Counted from the whole stretch's first letter, positions 13,442 to 26,062 are shown. The stretch is DNA of 63,497 bases, filler included, from Kipferlia bialata (GCA_003568945.1; 6 parts of 6 records of this genome joined end to end with filler, not necessarily neighbours in it), one strand, 5' to 3'. Made by a program: numbers and translations. Notes: generated by a model not told the origin, from the letters alone.

Positions 13442-14197
13442 TCAATACCTCATGACATTTATTGATTTCAAAGGATGGACACATACTGATGAATGGGTGT
13501 TACCATAGTGCATATCAATGGCCTGTTCTCGCAGCCTCAACGCCTCCCTCTTTCGGGCCTCTACACGCTCCTTCTCGACATATGCTATTACCTCGGTCTT
13601 GAGCAGTTCGTAGTCACGCTCGATTCGACGCTGCAGAACACAGATACTATAGTGAGTAGTATCTATATTAATATACTACAGTGCATAATAATACTGACCA
13701 CCCACCTGTCCATTCTTTCATACTTGACCTCAATGAGCCTCATGCACTCTTGGTTCGGATCATGAACATTGCAATAGTATATGAACTGGGGTCAGCAGGC
13801 ATGTGATGGTCCTAAGAAAACAACAACAATGGAGTAGCATAGGACGACCATACACTCATACTGTGTATATACCTTAAGACTGGGCCTAACAAAACAACTA
13901 GAAAGGTATACAAAGCAATGATCAGTCACATACCTTTGACAGCAAGAACTGTTGCCGTTGACACTCAACGCACAGCGTCCTCAACTCATCCACGTTGCTA
14001 GAGGGAGGGGGCAGGGGTGGGGCACAGACTGTCGGCAGAGGAGGGTCATCACTCTCAACCGGTGGTACTATGGGGTCACTCTCTATCGCTACCTCTCTCT
14101 CTCTCTCTTTCTCCTTGGCTTCCCTTGGAACCACACTCCCTCCACCTGCACCTGGCAGCCAAGAGAGGAACATCCTCAAACTATTGAGGAATACCAT
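13442..14197 (-). CDS. Hypothetical protein, tandem paralog B (4 exons)
   Basis: MVFLNSLRMFLSWLPGAGGGSVVPREAKE...DELRTLCVECQRQQFLLSK / FIYYCNVHDPNQECMRLIEVKYERMD / SICVLQRRIERDYELLKTEVIAYVEKERVEARKREALRLREQAIDMHYG. GT-AG junctions are shared with paralog A. Confidence 0.65.
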
Positions 14198-14335
14198 CAC
14201 TGGAGACCTGTGTAAGCTTAGAAAGGTGTTGGAGTCCAACTTGGATCTGGAACAAAAACAGCAGAAGGGTTTAACAGTGTCACCAAATTGTGACTCACTT
14301 GACTGAGACTCAGTCTCTCTTTGTTCTTGCAGTCA

Positions 14336-14775
14336 ATGGGAGCCGCCAACCACAAGTCCAGCAAGCGCAAGAAGGGCAGGTCTAGAACCGCCTCCTTCAG
14401 GCGGCATGACAAGAAGTATGCCAAGGACATTGACCAGGTTAGGACATCTAGAGGGAGGTGCATATCTTTCATATCCCAACCTCACCCCTCTCACTTGCAG
14501 ATCCTTGACAGCCTGACCCCCGAGAAGATCGAGGAGATCGCAAAGGCTGAGCCCCAGATGCATCTGCCAGGTCAGTGTATACGCATATGGCTGACTGTTT
14601 GGTTGTTAGTATCGATACCGGTACCGGTATCAAATGCTGATCTGCTATTAAATATTAATTATCTCTTTAGGCTGACCCCAGGTGAGGGACGCTACCAGTG
14701 CCTGACCTGTGACCGTTACTTCATGAACAGGAATGCCCTCACAGACCACATGAAGTCCAAGCAGCACAAGCGCAG
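14336..14775 (+). CDS. ZNF593: Zinc finger protein 593 / Bud20 homolog (pre-60S factor), 3'-partial
   Basis: Exons 14336-14437, 14501-14570 and 14682-14775 give MGAANHKSSKRKKGRSRTASFRRHDKKYAKDIDQILDSLTPEK...HLPGEGRYQCLTCDRYFMNRNALTDHMKSKQHKRR. This matches the ZNF593 pattern D(L/I)DxI...LPGxGxxxCxxCxRYF...H...HKxR. Confidence 0.9.
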
Positions 14776-14981
14776 GTATCAGTATCAGTGTCAGTATAAG
14801 TCATGGTTGCACTTGGATACTGAAGCTATCTACTAACTTGCCTCTCATCATGTATATACATGTGTAGTCTCTCAGGTGTACTTTGCCCATGCATTCTCTC
14901 TCTTTGTGTATATATAGATCTATGTATATGTGTTGGTGTCACTCTATATGTGTATGGGATTGCTTCAGTACTGACACTCTG

Positions 14982-15027
<46 letters not shown>

Positions 15028-15035
15028 ACCCCCCC

Positions 15036-15135
15036 NNNNNNNNNNNNNNNNNNNNNNNNNNNNNNNNNNNNNNNNNNNNTTAATTAATTAANNNNNNNNN
15101 NNNNNNNNNNNNNNNNNNNNNNNNNNNNNNNNNNN
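15036..15135. other. Artificial contig-join spacer
   Basis: 44 N + TTAATTAATTAA (stops in all six frames) + 44 N. Confidence 0.98.
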
Positions 15136-15238
15136 GCGAGCGAGTGAGAAAAAGGGGGGGGGGGGGAGAGAGAGAGAGAGAGAGACGCTAGACAGGAGTG
15201 GAAAGCGCGCGGGGGGGAGGGGGGACAGACACCCATAC

Positions 15239-15271
<33 letters not shown>

Positions 15272-15276
15272 TGTAC

Positions 15277-16656
15277 CTGTGTCTAGGGCCGGCATCCCAG
15301 AGGGCCCACCGAACCCAAGGCCCATACCCATAGCAGGCTGACTGTTGTGTTGGTGCGAGGTGAAGACTGGGTCCTGAGAGGTCAAGACTGGGTCCTGAGA
15401 GGTCAAGACTGGGTCTTGCGCAGTCAATCCAGAGTATGTGTCTGCGGGGGACAGTGGGGGCTCTTCTATGCACATCCTGAGTATAAGAACATTGAATTGA
15501 ATAGATATAGACACTGACACATACATATATATTTATATATATATATATATACATACCTTGTATCGGTGGGACTGATACCCACGGTGGATACTAAGAGATG
15601 CTAATACATGTACACTAATACATATACATTATACTAAATATATATTTGATATACACCTTGTATCTGTGGGACTGATACCCACGATGGATACTAAGAGATA
15701 CTAATACATGTACACTTATACATATATATTATACTAAATATATATATATACTTACATACCTTGTATCGGTGGGACTGATACCCACGTTGGGCAGGCTCTG
15801 GAAGGCACAGGAGACGGGTAGTCTCTGTGGGTACACTCCGGTGTAGCAGGCCTCTCCACCTATATATGAGTAGTAGCATATAGTAAAGATACATATTAGT
15901 AATGAATAATCGGATGGTTCCATACCTGTGCCGTTGTCCACTAGATCTAGAGGCACTGTGGCCACATAGTATATATATATACATGCATATAATAGTATAT
16001 ATATACCTGTCCCGTTATCAACTAGGTCCAGGGGCACTGTGGCCACATGGGATACAGGGTTGGGGAAGGGGCCCTTGGGGACGGAGGAGGCGGAGAAGGG
16101 GTAGTGGTGGGAGGGGAGGGACTGGAGGGACGTAGGGGAATGGCGGTTCTAGTGTTAAAGAGAGAGGGATAAAGAGAGAGAGAGAGAGTGTGGTGGGAGG
16201 GGGGGGGGGGGGGGGGGAGGGGGGGGGGGGGGGGGGGGTGGGGGGGGGGGGGGGGGGGGGGGGAGCTAGGCATCGTACCTGCAGTTCATACACGCTCTGC
16301 TTTGCGTCTGATATCCTGTCCAGGATGTCCAGGGCAGGCTGGGCAAGCTCAGGGGGGACAGACAGGGGGGCTGCCCCCTCTCCAAACTCCCTCTCCCCTG
16401 CCTCCTTCAGCTCCTGCAGCCGTCTCTGGCTGTCGGCACTGGCAGCCCTCATGGCTGCTAGCACATCGAAGTCATCATCCTTGGCTGCACTGCGGTGAGT
16501 GTATCATTAAAACTCCTTGTTTAAGGCAAGGCTGATAGGTCAGTGAAAGGTCGACAACTAGAATGAATAGACTGACAAAGAATCGACTCACAATACATAT
16601 TACGAGTGCAAGCAGCCTTCTGTAGTACTATCTCAGAGTGAGAGAATGTGAGAGAG

Positions 16657-16689
<33 letters not shown>

Positions 16690-16794
16690 CACGCACTCTT
16701 TGGATGCCTGCCCCATCTGCTCACTGAGCTGCTTCAGCCTCAGCTCAGTCTGCTCCAACTGGCTGAGGACAGCATCATCAGAACCCTTGTCCAT
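15277..16794 (-). CDS. Hypothetical coiled-coil protein, 3'-partial, head-to-head with POLD1
   Basis: Five exons splice in frame: MDKGSDDAVLSQLEQTELRLKQLSEQMGQASK / DAAKDDDFDVLAAMRAASADSQRRLQELKE...SVYELQ / SLPSHHYPFSASSVPKGPFPNPVSHVATVPLDLVDNGT / GGEACYTGVYPQRLPVSCAFQSLPNVGISPTDTR / MCIEEPPLSPAD...ALDT. Confidence 0.65.
15360..15418 (-). repeat. 21-nt coding tandem repeat (about 3 copies; QDPVLTS)
   Basis: aagactgggtcctgagaggtc repeated on the + strand, inside the last visible exon of the minus-strand gene. Confidence 0.85.
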
Positions 16795-17001
16795 GGACTT
16801 CTGGCACTAGTAGGTGTGTTCAATGTGATACAGAGCCTGTCGGTGAAGCAGTCAACATTCAAAACTATTGGGCCACCGTTTTTGGTTGACTGGAGATGTG
16901 AGGGTGCAGGGCAAGTGCGCTGCTAGCCTTGGCTCTCTCTCAAGCATCTCATTATCCAGTCTCACTTCCGTTTCAGTGAGTCTCAGTGCACGAGTCACTA
17001 G

Positions 17002-18890
17002 ATGAAGAGAGCCCCTGAGTCGGGTGCCACCCCTAAGGCCAAGAGGAAGCAGAAGGCAGAGGCGTCGGAGCTCAGTCCCAAGTGAGTCACAGCAATTATA
17101 TATACATATACCCATATGGGTCAATCTTAACATGGAGTGGCACCATTGTATAATACATATGTGTATTTCCGGTCTCCTGTAGTACTGCCCTCACTGCAGG
17201 AAGGTTCTGGGTGAGAAGACTGCCTCCTGGGTGGACGAGGGTGAGGTTGGCCAGTTTGAGCAGAAGAACAGACCCGATGTCAAGCCAACAGACTACCCAC
17301 GGGGGGAGAAGCTCGGTGAGTGCAGGGGTGTGGTGTATGTGTGCACATCTCCGGCGGTTGTTCATTGTGTATGCATGGATATACATATGTGACTCTGTCT
17401 GGAAACATCCAATAGTCAATCTGGTATATATGTTATATCACCCCCAACCCTACCTCACCCTACTCTACACCTCCCTATCCATATGCCCCTGACCCCTACT
17501 GACCCCAGAGTTCATGATGGTGGACATTGAGGAGGACCTGGTCAACCCCCAGTCCCAGTTCTGTGGGGACCAGGGGGAGTTCCTGAGGCAGGCAGGCACT
17601 AGCAAGAGGTGGGGAGGAAGTGCTATATGCACATGTAGTGGATATAGGTTCAGGAGAGTATGTGGAGAGTCTCACCCCAGAGTCAATGTGTACACCCTGT
17701 ATGGAGTGACCGAGGCTGGTCACTCTATAGCAGTGCACGTACACGGCTTCTTCCCCTACCTCTACGTCAAGCAGCCCTCCAACTACAACGACGCCATTTC
17801 TACAGCCGATATCAGGTATGATTGTGCTGTCAGCGTGTATATGACTCTCTGCTATTGTCTCAGCCCCCCCCCCCCTTCACCCCCAGACATCATCTGCAGG
17901 GCAACCTGCCCAATGACACCACCCTCATGTCTGTGGAGAGTGTGCTCAGGACACCCCTGTATGGCTACACCCCCAAGGAGCAGAGGTTCCTGAGGCTCAG
18001 GGTCAGCAACAGGAAGGGAGTGCCCGCTCTACACCAGGCACTGTCCAGGCCAGGTATCTCTCTCTCTATATATATATATAAGGAGGCATAGTGGATATGC
18101 AGTGTATATATATGTACTATACTACCCTCACCCCAGGCTCCTATGTGTTTGAGGGTGCCATGGCCCATGGCCCCCTGACCTATGAGTCCAACCTAGACCC
18201 AGTGGTCAGGTTCCTGGTAGATACCAGGATAGTGGGATGTGGCTGGGCCAGCATGGACGCCAAGCAGTACATACCCACACCACCCAGCAGGAGGACCACT
18301 AGGTATGGCAGATAGATACCATTCATTTATATGTACCATGCCGTACCATCTATATACCGTACCTCACCCCCAGGTGCCAGCTGGAGTATGATGTCAATGT
18401 GGGTGCCATCCATGGCCACCCAGGGGACTCCGAGGAGTACTCCAAGCTGGCCCCCCTCAGGGTGTTCTCCTTCGACATTGAGTGCGTCACATCAGAGGGA
18501 TTCCCAGACCCAGCAAGGTGTGCATATAGTACAGAGAGAGACATTTCGTCAGGAGATGTGGATTATTAAGAGTCTTACCCCTTCCCACCCCCAGGGACCC
18601 CGTCATCCAGATTGCCTTCACGTGTAAGTGCTTTGGCACCAACAAGGAGCTGTGCCGAGTGGTGCTGTGTCTGGACGAGACCAGCCCCCTCAACAACTGC
18701 GAGTTGGAGTGGTTCAAGACAGAGCAGGAGCTGCTCAGGAGGTGGGTGCATCTATGTCTATGTCACGATATGCTCAGTGTACACCCCCCCTTCCTCCCCC
18801 TCTCCCACCCTCAGGTTCTGCCAGCTGTTTGTGGAGCTTGACCCCGATGTGGTGACCGGCTACAACACATCGGGCTTCGACTTCAATTTT
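17002..18890 (+). CDS. POLD1: DNA polymerase delta catalytic subunit, N-terminal and 3'-5' exonuclease part only
   Basis: The spliced product contains LYGVTEAGHSIAVHVHGFFPYLYV, TYESNLDPVVRFLVDTRIVGCGW, ExoI LAPLRVFSFDIEC, DPVIQIA and ExoII DPDVVTGYNTSGFDFNF. ATG at 17002 (MKRAPESGATPKAKRKQK). No polymerase-domain exons follow. Confidence 0.9.
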
Positions 18891-19121
18891 GTAGGTACGG
18901 CACACGTATATATCGCGTCTTCTATGAGAGTCCATCCTGTGAAGTCTCTCTCGCCCCCCCCCCCCCCCCCCCCCCACCCGTCTTCTGTATTCCATATCAC
19001 TTGCAATAATCTCTCTCCATATTCCACTACCATATCCATATCTGTCCTTGTGTCATGTCTCTCTGTCCTATCTGTCCTATCTGTCCAATCTGTCCAATCT
19101 CTGTCTCTCTCCCACTCCTAG

Positions 19122-22100
19122 GGTCTCAACAAGATGATGAAGGGCGAGATCCCAAGATTCGAGAACATGATGCTGTCTTTCAAGCTCAGGTACTCTCTCT
19201 CTTTCTCTCTCTCTCTCTCTCCATGTTCTGAAGTAGTACTCTAGTACTTCCCACTTCTCTCTTTGATGATTTCCGCGCTGAGGCTGACCTCTCTCTCCTT
19301 TGTCTCCCTGTCTACATACGTACTCTCTCTCACCCTATTCCCCCTATCCCAGTGACATCCACAATGAGATTGACCTTCTCTCCCCCCCTCTCCCTCCCCT
19401 TCTCCTACCCTCACCCCAGCGACTTCTCCACCGATGTTGACCTGGACATCACCACCGTGGACTTTGACATATCCAACCTGACATTCACAAACAGCCACAT
19501 AGGGGACATAGTTGGTATACAATATACTTATATACTTTCTTATGTCCATCACTATAATTGTTGTTATAGATATCTTCCCGTTATCTCCCACCCCAGTGTC
19601 CACTGACCATGTCGCATATAATCTAAGACACTCCCCTCCCCCTATCTCCCTCTCACCCCAGTGTCTACTGACCATGTCACAAGTTCATAATAGCTCAATG
19701 TTGCACGTTAAATCTCTTATCTCTCTCTCTCCTCCCCCCTATCTCCCTCCCACCCCAGTGTCCACAGACCATGTCACCCAGGAGATCGAACTCAAGCTGT
19801 ACGTCCATCTCTTTCTCACTCTCTCTCTCTCCCTGTATATCACACTCTGTCTTTCTCCCGATGTGTATGTTGTTCTATTGGTATTCTCTTTGACCATCCC
19901 TGACCTCTCAGGACCGACATTGACCTAGCCATCCAGTTTGACTGGTCGTTCAAGGAGACAACATACCCATTCCTGGAGGATAGTGGAACAGGTACTGTAA
20001 CACCGCTTAATTCACCACAACTCTCTGTCTCACACTCTCACTCCCACACCCGCTCACCATATACTCACCATAGGCACTGCCACTGCGTCCAGTATCAACG
20101 GGGATGTCATTGTGGTGCCTGCCTATGATGATGTCTGTGGAGTGTTTGGTACGTGGCCACGTTCTCTCTCTCTCTCTCTCTCTCTTTCCTCACACCAGCC
20201 ATCGACATGACTGAGTTTGTGTTTGAGGTTGGCCATCTCCACATCCACCTGGATGGGGGGGCCAGTGCCCTGTACAACGTCATAGTCAATGGGCTGGTCA
20301 AGGTCCTGGAGGTATGCTGTTGTATATACTATTGGTATATATATGGGTTCATATGCTTTCATATATGTACCCTTCTATGCCCTGTACAATGTCATAGTCA
20401 ATGGGCTGGTCAAGGTCTTAGAGGTATGGGTATACTGTTGTATATCATGTTGATTATATGGCCGTGAGTTCATATGCTTTCACATGTACCCTACCTTTGT
20501 AACAATACACAACTCAACATATATACTGGTACTGATACTGACAGGACAACTTCACCGCTGCCATTGATACCTTCCTGGCCCAGGCCTTTGAGACGGGGAT
20601 CAACCAGGGGTTCCACGACTGCGGTATGTATAGACATACACCACACACACTTTTATATACTCATTGATATTTATATATAGAGAGAGAGAGTAATCTAGAC
20701 GATGGCATCAAGTAGAGGTTCCACGACTGCGGTGAGTTATTTGCTATGTTGGTTATACATTGTATGGTAAGTTTGAGTTCACTACTGGAGTACCATCACT
20801 ACCTTTGAAGATGGTATCAACAAGGATCCACGACTGTGGTGAGTGTATGTGTGTACATCATATATAAATGTGTACATATATATGTGTGTGTATACTCCCT
20901 CACCCCAGGCGTTGACCAGTGGATAGGCAGTGGCATCAGGGAGAGCATGCAGTTTGTGGACCCAGGCATAGTGGTGCTAGGTACTTGTCCAGATTCAACT
21001 ATGCTGAGCCTTCTCTCTCTAGTATATTCTTAGCCTCTGACCCCCAGACTCCTATCTCTCAGTGCACCTGGGAGGGTACGCATACCCACAGGTCGATGGT
21101 GAGGCATATATATTGCGTGTCCCTGTCTCTCAACCGCTGGGCCAGGACCTGACTGGGACTCCAGATTTACTCTCTCTCTCTGTATATAAATATCTCTTCA
21201 CCCTCTCTGACCCCTAGGCCCCTACTGGGAGGAGAGGCATACAGCGGACATCATGCCAGGGCCCCTCTCTGACCAGGTTAGATATATGCACGTGTATGAC
21301 GTCAATACCCGGCTAGCAGGTTATATCCTGCTCACCCAGCAACCGGGGCACTCCTCCTCACCCCCCAGGTCAATGACGCCGACCTGCAGTATGAGGTCTC
21401 CAACACTGTGTTTGAGAGCATATACCTCAGCGCACTCAGTCTAGACCTACTCAAGGTGGGATCATAAGATATTTGTATATTAATACATATCTCAACAGTC
21501 TCTCTCTATACACACTCTCACCCCAGGGCACCGTGGACCCCACCAAGGTCACAGACCCTTTGAGTCAGACCCTCCTGACAACAGCCACTCTGGCACCCAT
21601 ATGCCCAGGTGGGTGTGTATAGAGGATGTATGTGTGTTTTGAGTATAGTCTAGTGTAGTATCTCTAGCGATGTCCCCTGATGATCTAGCGATGGCCCTCT
21701 CCTCACCCCCAGGTCTGTATGAGGCCTACCCTGACTCCATGGTCAGACTGGACCTGGTGGCAACAGAGATGTGAGTGCATATATATATACCCCCAAGACA
21801 AATACCTGTTACCATGCCCCTCTCTCCACTGTGTCTGTGTGGCCCAGGGACACGACACTCTGCCAATTACCTGATCTATCTTCCCCTCTCCATGTATATG
21901 CTAGTATACACACACTCACCCCCAGGCCCACCGTGTCTGTGATCAGTGCCACCACCACTCTCTCTCTCTCTCTCTATGTATATATCTCTTCCATGTATAC
22001 TTATGTATCTACTTATACCAGGCCCACTGTGTCTGTGATGCCGAGTGCCACCTACACCAATGTGACTGGGGTGGTCAGTGTGTCAGTGGCCACGGATGGG

Positions 22101-22778
22101 GCAGGTATGCATTGGTTCTATCTCTATCTATGTGTAGTATATATGTGGACAGTTATATACTATTTACTATAAATATTTGTATATATATGTGTGTCAGTGG
22201 CCACAGATGAGGCAGGTAGGCAGGGCATGTACCTGTATCTATGTATGTATATATACTTATACATATGTGTGTAACCATGGTGTCAGTGGCCACGGATGAG
22301 GCAGGTGTATGGGCTTCATATATAGTTATACACATGTATGTATAAGAGGTGTCAGAGGTGTGCAGCGCTTATTGAATATACATTATATATCTGTCTCCCA
22401 CCCCAGGCCACTACTCCCCTGCCTTTGAGGTTGGGTACAGTGCAGGGCTGGCCGGTACACCGATGGCATACTCACAGGTGAGTTAGTGAAGTACAAAAGC
22501 TCTCCTACACTTGCGACGCAAGTCTTGGTTTGACATGCTATAGAACAGTACTATATAGAGCTGAGTGCAGCACCACCCTCACCCCAGGACCTGGACACTG
22601 GTGACACCAGGATGACATTCCATCTAGCCTTCAGTCCATACAACACAACTAGCTGGCAGGGGTCAAGCCAGTTTGGCGAAGTTGTACTCGGTACGATAAC
22701 ACTCAGTGTGTCTCTACACACATGTATCTGACATCTTGGCCCCCCTCCTGGCCATGCATCTGACTGCCGTGCTCTCTT

Positions 22779-22813
<35 letters not shown>

Positions 22814-22887
22814 TGATCTCCATATCCATGTATATATCCTTATATATCTAACCCACAGGCACCCCCCATGCCGTGCAGATGGAGATG

Positions 22888-22938
<51 letters not shown>

Positions 22939-23230
22939 CTAGATATACCTCTAACCCCCAGGCACCCCCCATTCCATGCAGCTGGAGATGCTCCTGTCCA
23001 TAAAGGGTGTAGCACCCTGGATGTCGGAGTGGTCCAAGGCACACGGGCCCAATATCAGCCTGGGTGGGTAACAGTGATTTGACAACCTTACCAAGTGGAC
23101 CTGATACTACATGTGCTATATGTGTTGCCTCACCTCTCACCCCCCAGCCGGTGACTACTACGACTGGGATAGCTACTATGCCGTACTTAAGGAGCCACAG
23201 ACCCTGGTGTGGTGTGTGCCAATGGTGTAG
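19122..23230 (+). CDS. LBP/BPI/CETP (TULIP) family lipid-binding protein, 5'-partial
   Basis: Many short exons in frame: GLNKMMKGEIPRFENMMLSFKLSDFSTDVDLDITTVDFDISNLTF..., WSFKETTYPFLEDSGTGTAT, HIHLDGGASALYNVIVN (N-terminal BPI domain), then DLQYEVSNTVFESIYLS, LAPICPGLYEAYPDSMVRLDLVATEMPTVSV (C-terminal domain). Stop TAG 23228-23230. Confidence 0.8.
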
Positions 23231-23527
23231 AGTGGTGTAGTGTGATAATGATTATGGCTCAACACATAGGGCCTTGCGTTGCGGATTCAGTTAGCTAATA
23301 GATCTTTCTAGCGTCACAATTGGAGTATGACTATTGGTACTCATTGAGAAGTCAGAGAGACGGCGTGAAGCCTCAGGAACACCGGTAAACAAGAGCCATA
23401 CGGCCTATGCCACTTCAAGAAGAACAAGATATGGATCAACCCTGATGCAAAAACACGAATGACACTTTGTGTCTTCGGCTGAATGCTTCTTCACTCTGGG
23501 CCTAGTGCTCCATCCACCCTCATATCC

Positions 23528-23914
23528 ATGGCACTAAGGGGGAGACACCTCTTGGTGGCTCTCTGCCTACTGGCATGCTTCATGCTGGTACAGTGTGATG
23601 CTGGGGCAGAGCAGCAGCATAATCTGGTATGTACTGTGTGTAGTAGTGGTTAGTGTATACCTCCGTCCCTATCCGATATTGCACGCTCCCCACCCCCAGG
23701 TTCTGTTCATAGGGGATGGTATGGGCATGAACCATATCCAGTTGGCCAGGTGGGGGTATTGTCACAATGAACTGTTGACACTACTTGCAGGGTAACCTGT
23801 GTCTTGCAATAACTGCTCTCTCCTTCACCCCCCCACCTCTCTCACCCCAGACTGATTGAATACGGTGACACGGGTGAAGTGCTGTCGTTTGAGGCCCTTG
23901 ACCATTGGACAACG
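23528..23914 (+). CDS. Secreted alkaline phosphatase, 3'-partial
   Basis: Signal-peptide-like MALRGRHLLVALCLLACFMLVQCDA followed by HNLVLFIGDGMGMNHIQLARLIEYG...LSFEALD. FIGDGMG is the first metal-binding motif of PhoA/ALP-type alkaline phosphatases. Confidence 0.85.
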
Positions 23915-24279
23915 GTAGGTGAGGAGATTCTATACATATTGTGCTATAATTATCCCCTATTGTACTCTGCTCTACTATGATGAGTCTTGATATAATATTT
24001 ATAATACCAGTGCTAGTGTATCACAACATGTCGGTGTTGTGCTCCTTCTCCTTCAGTATAAGCCTCTCTCCCTTCTTCGGAAGACCAATCACCCTGTGTA
24101 ATCAAGCCAAATCACCCCCCTCGCCGTCCCTAGTCTCCCTCTCTCTTCGCCTCGATTACCTCATCTTCCACTAGATAGTATTAGTATGTAGTACACATGT
24201 CATTGCCTAACACTGACAGTCTCCTTCTCTCTCCCCCTGCCTCCCTCCCCTCTGTGCCTCATCCCAGGTAGCCCTCCCC

Positions 24280-24379
24280 NNNNNNNNNNNNNNNNNNNNN
24301 NNNNNNNNNNNNNNNNNNNNNNNTTAATTAATTAANNNNNNNNNNNNNNNNNNNNNNNNNNNNNNNNNNNNNNNNNNNN
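24280..24379. other. Artificial contig-join spacer
   Basis: N44-TTAATTAATTAA-N44. Confidence 0.98.
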
Positions 24380-26062
24380 TCATTTCATTTTTATATATAT
24401 AATATAGCATTTTTATACAAAATCCCAGCCCTACACAGGGGGCAAACACAGATGAGAAGAATTCTCCAAGCTCCGCCTCTGTATGGGTCTTCAGGACGCT
24501 GGGGAGCTTGCGCTTGGCATATGATACGGCAACCCAGTCCTTCTGGGAGTCAGTGATACATTAGAATACAGTATAATACACATTGTAGTACAATGATTGT
24601 ACTGTACAATTTGTACATGTAATATATATAAATATATCTATCTATACATATATATATGTATAGATACTATACATGTATATATGTATGTATATATATCTCT
24701 CCAGTACTACTGGTGTAAAAGACTTAGAATGATGTGTTCTTAGGGTCACAGACTGATACAGTTGTGCCACTCACATACAAATAGTGCCAATACTCCTCAC
24801 GTACTCCGTCATTTCAAAACTGGATACACACATATATGCGAATAACAGCTGTCTTTTCAATTCGATGCCTATTGTATACTCTATGCTGATAACACCCTAA
24901 CCTCCTCTGCGTATATAGTGTATATATGTATGCATATATACTACCCCCCCAACCTCCTCTGTCAGGCCCAACTGGATGGACCCAATTATATATATAGTCA
25001 AATGTAATAAATAATGAATAATATAAAATTCTATATACCAGAGTAATTCGATATATGACCCCACCTCCTCTGTCAGGCCCAACTGGATGGATCGGTATGC
25101 AATGACACGGCACTCATCCCTGGGTGTGAGAGATATTATGGATATAGTATATCATATACTGGACATGCTTAATGTATGTAGAGAAGGTCACACTACTTAA
25201 CAACTCTCGTGGTGCTCATAGAGACGCCGCTTACATGTTGGGCAGATGGCGGGCCACCTCTAGTATATATATGAATACTACTAATACCTATAATAGATTG
25301 TACATGAAGTACATAATATGTACTACATATTGTCAATAGTCTATAAAGTATCCCCACCCGTTAGTGAGATGGTTGGCCACCTCCAGCACATTGGGGTGAG
25401 CCAACAGCTGCTGGATATAGTCCACCTCGTCGGTGTTCAGAGGGATCAGTGGGTTGGTGCCGTGGGATAGGAAGGCCGCCCTGACATAAGAGAGAGAGAA
25501 AACAAAGAGAAGGGGGGAGGGGGACAGAGAGGGACAGGAAGGCCGCCCTGACATAAGAGAGATAGTGAGGGGGGATGGCAAGGAGGGAGGGAGGGAGGGA
25601 TAGATGGAAAGAAAGAGAGAGGGAGGGACAGAGAGAGAAGGGGGAGAGGGAGAGAGAGGGGGGATGGTACGGCAGACCCACGGGTACCAGCAACGTACAT
25701 CAGTGCAGATATCGGCTCAGTGGCTGTGAAGACTGCGGCATCTAGCATCCCGGCCTGCACCTCGGGTGAGTATAGATATACACGTTCTCTTCATGGAAGA
25801 ATGCATCAATACTCACTATTGATTCAATAGTGTCATATGTATGTGTTAGTATCATATATGTGTTAGTATTTTATATATATGTGTCATATGTATGTGTACT
25901 TTCCCCCGTACCTCCTCAGGCGAGTAGTCTGTGTACTTGGGTACATCCTCCTGCTCATCAGTCTTCTCTCTCTCTCTCTCTCTCTCTCTCATCAGTCTCA
26001 GCACCGACATTCACGGTCTCATCTGAAGACACTGTGGCATCTCCCATGTCTATGTGGTTCAT
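24380..26062 (-). CDS. Hypothetical multi-exon protein; start and end uncertain
   Basis: Exon-like blocks: EQEDVPKYTDYSPEE / VQAGMLDAAVFTATEPISALMYVAG / AAFLSHGTNPLIPLNTDEVDYIQQLLAHPNVLEVANHLTN / WPAICPTCKRRLYEHHE / DECRVIAYRSIQLGLTEE / KDWVAVSYAKRKLPSVLKTHTEAELGEFFSS. A (GA)n tract near 25970 shifts frame relative to the ATG at 26062. Confidence 0.5.

Noticed and set aside
16195..16265. Long poly-G tract as a second chimeric join or a poly-Gly/Pro ORF
   Set aside because: It lies in an intron whose flanking exons splice in frame (phase 0, ...YELQ^SLPSHH...), so there is no evidence of a misjoin. The Gly/Pro ORFs are spurious.
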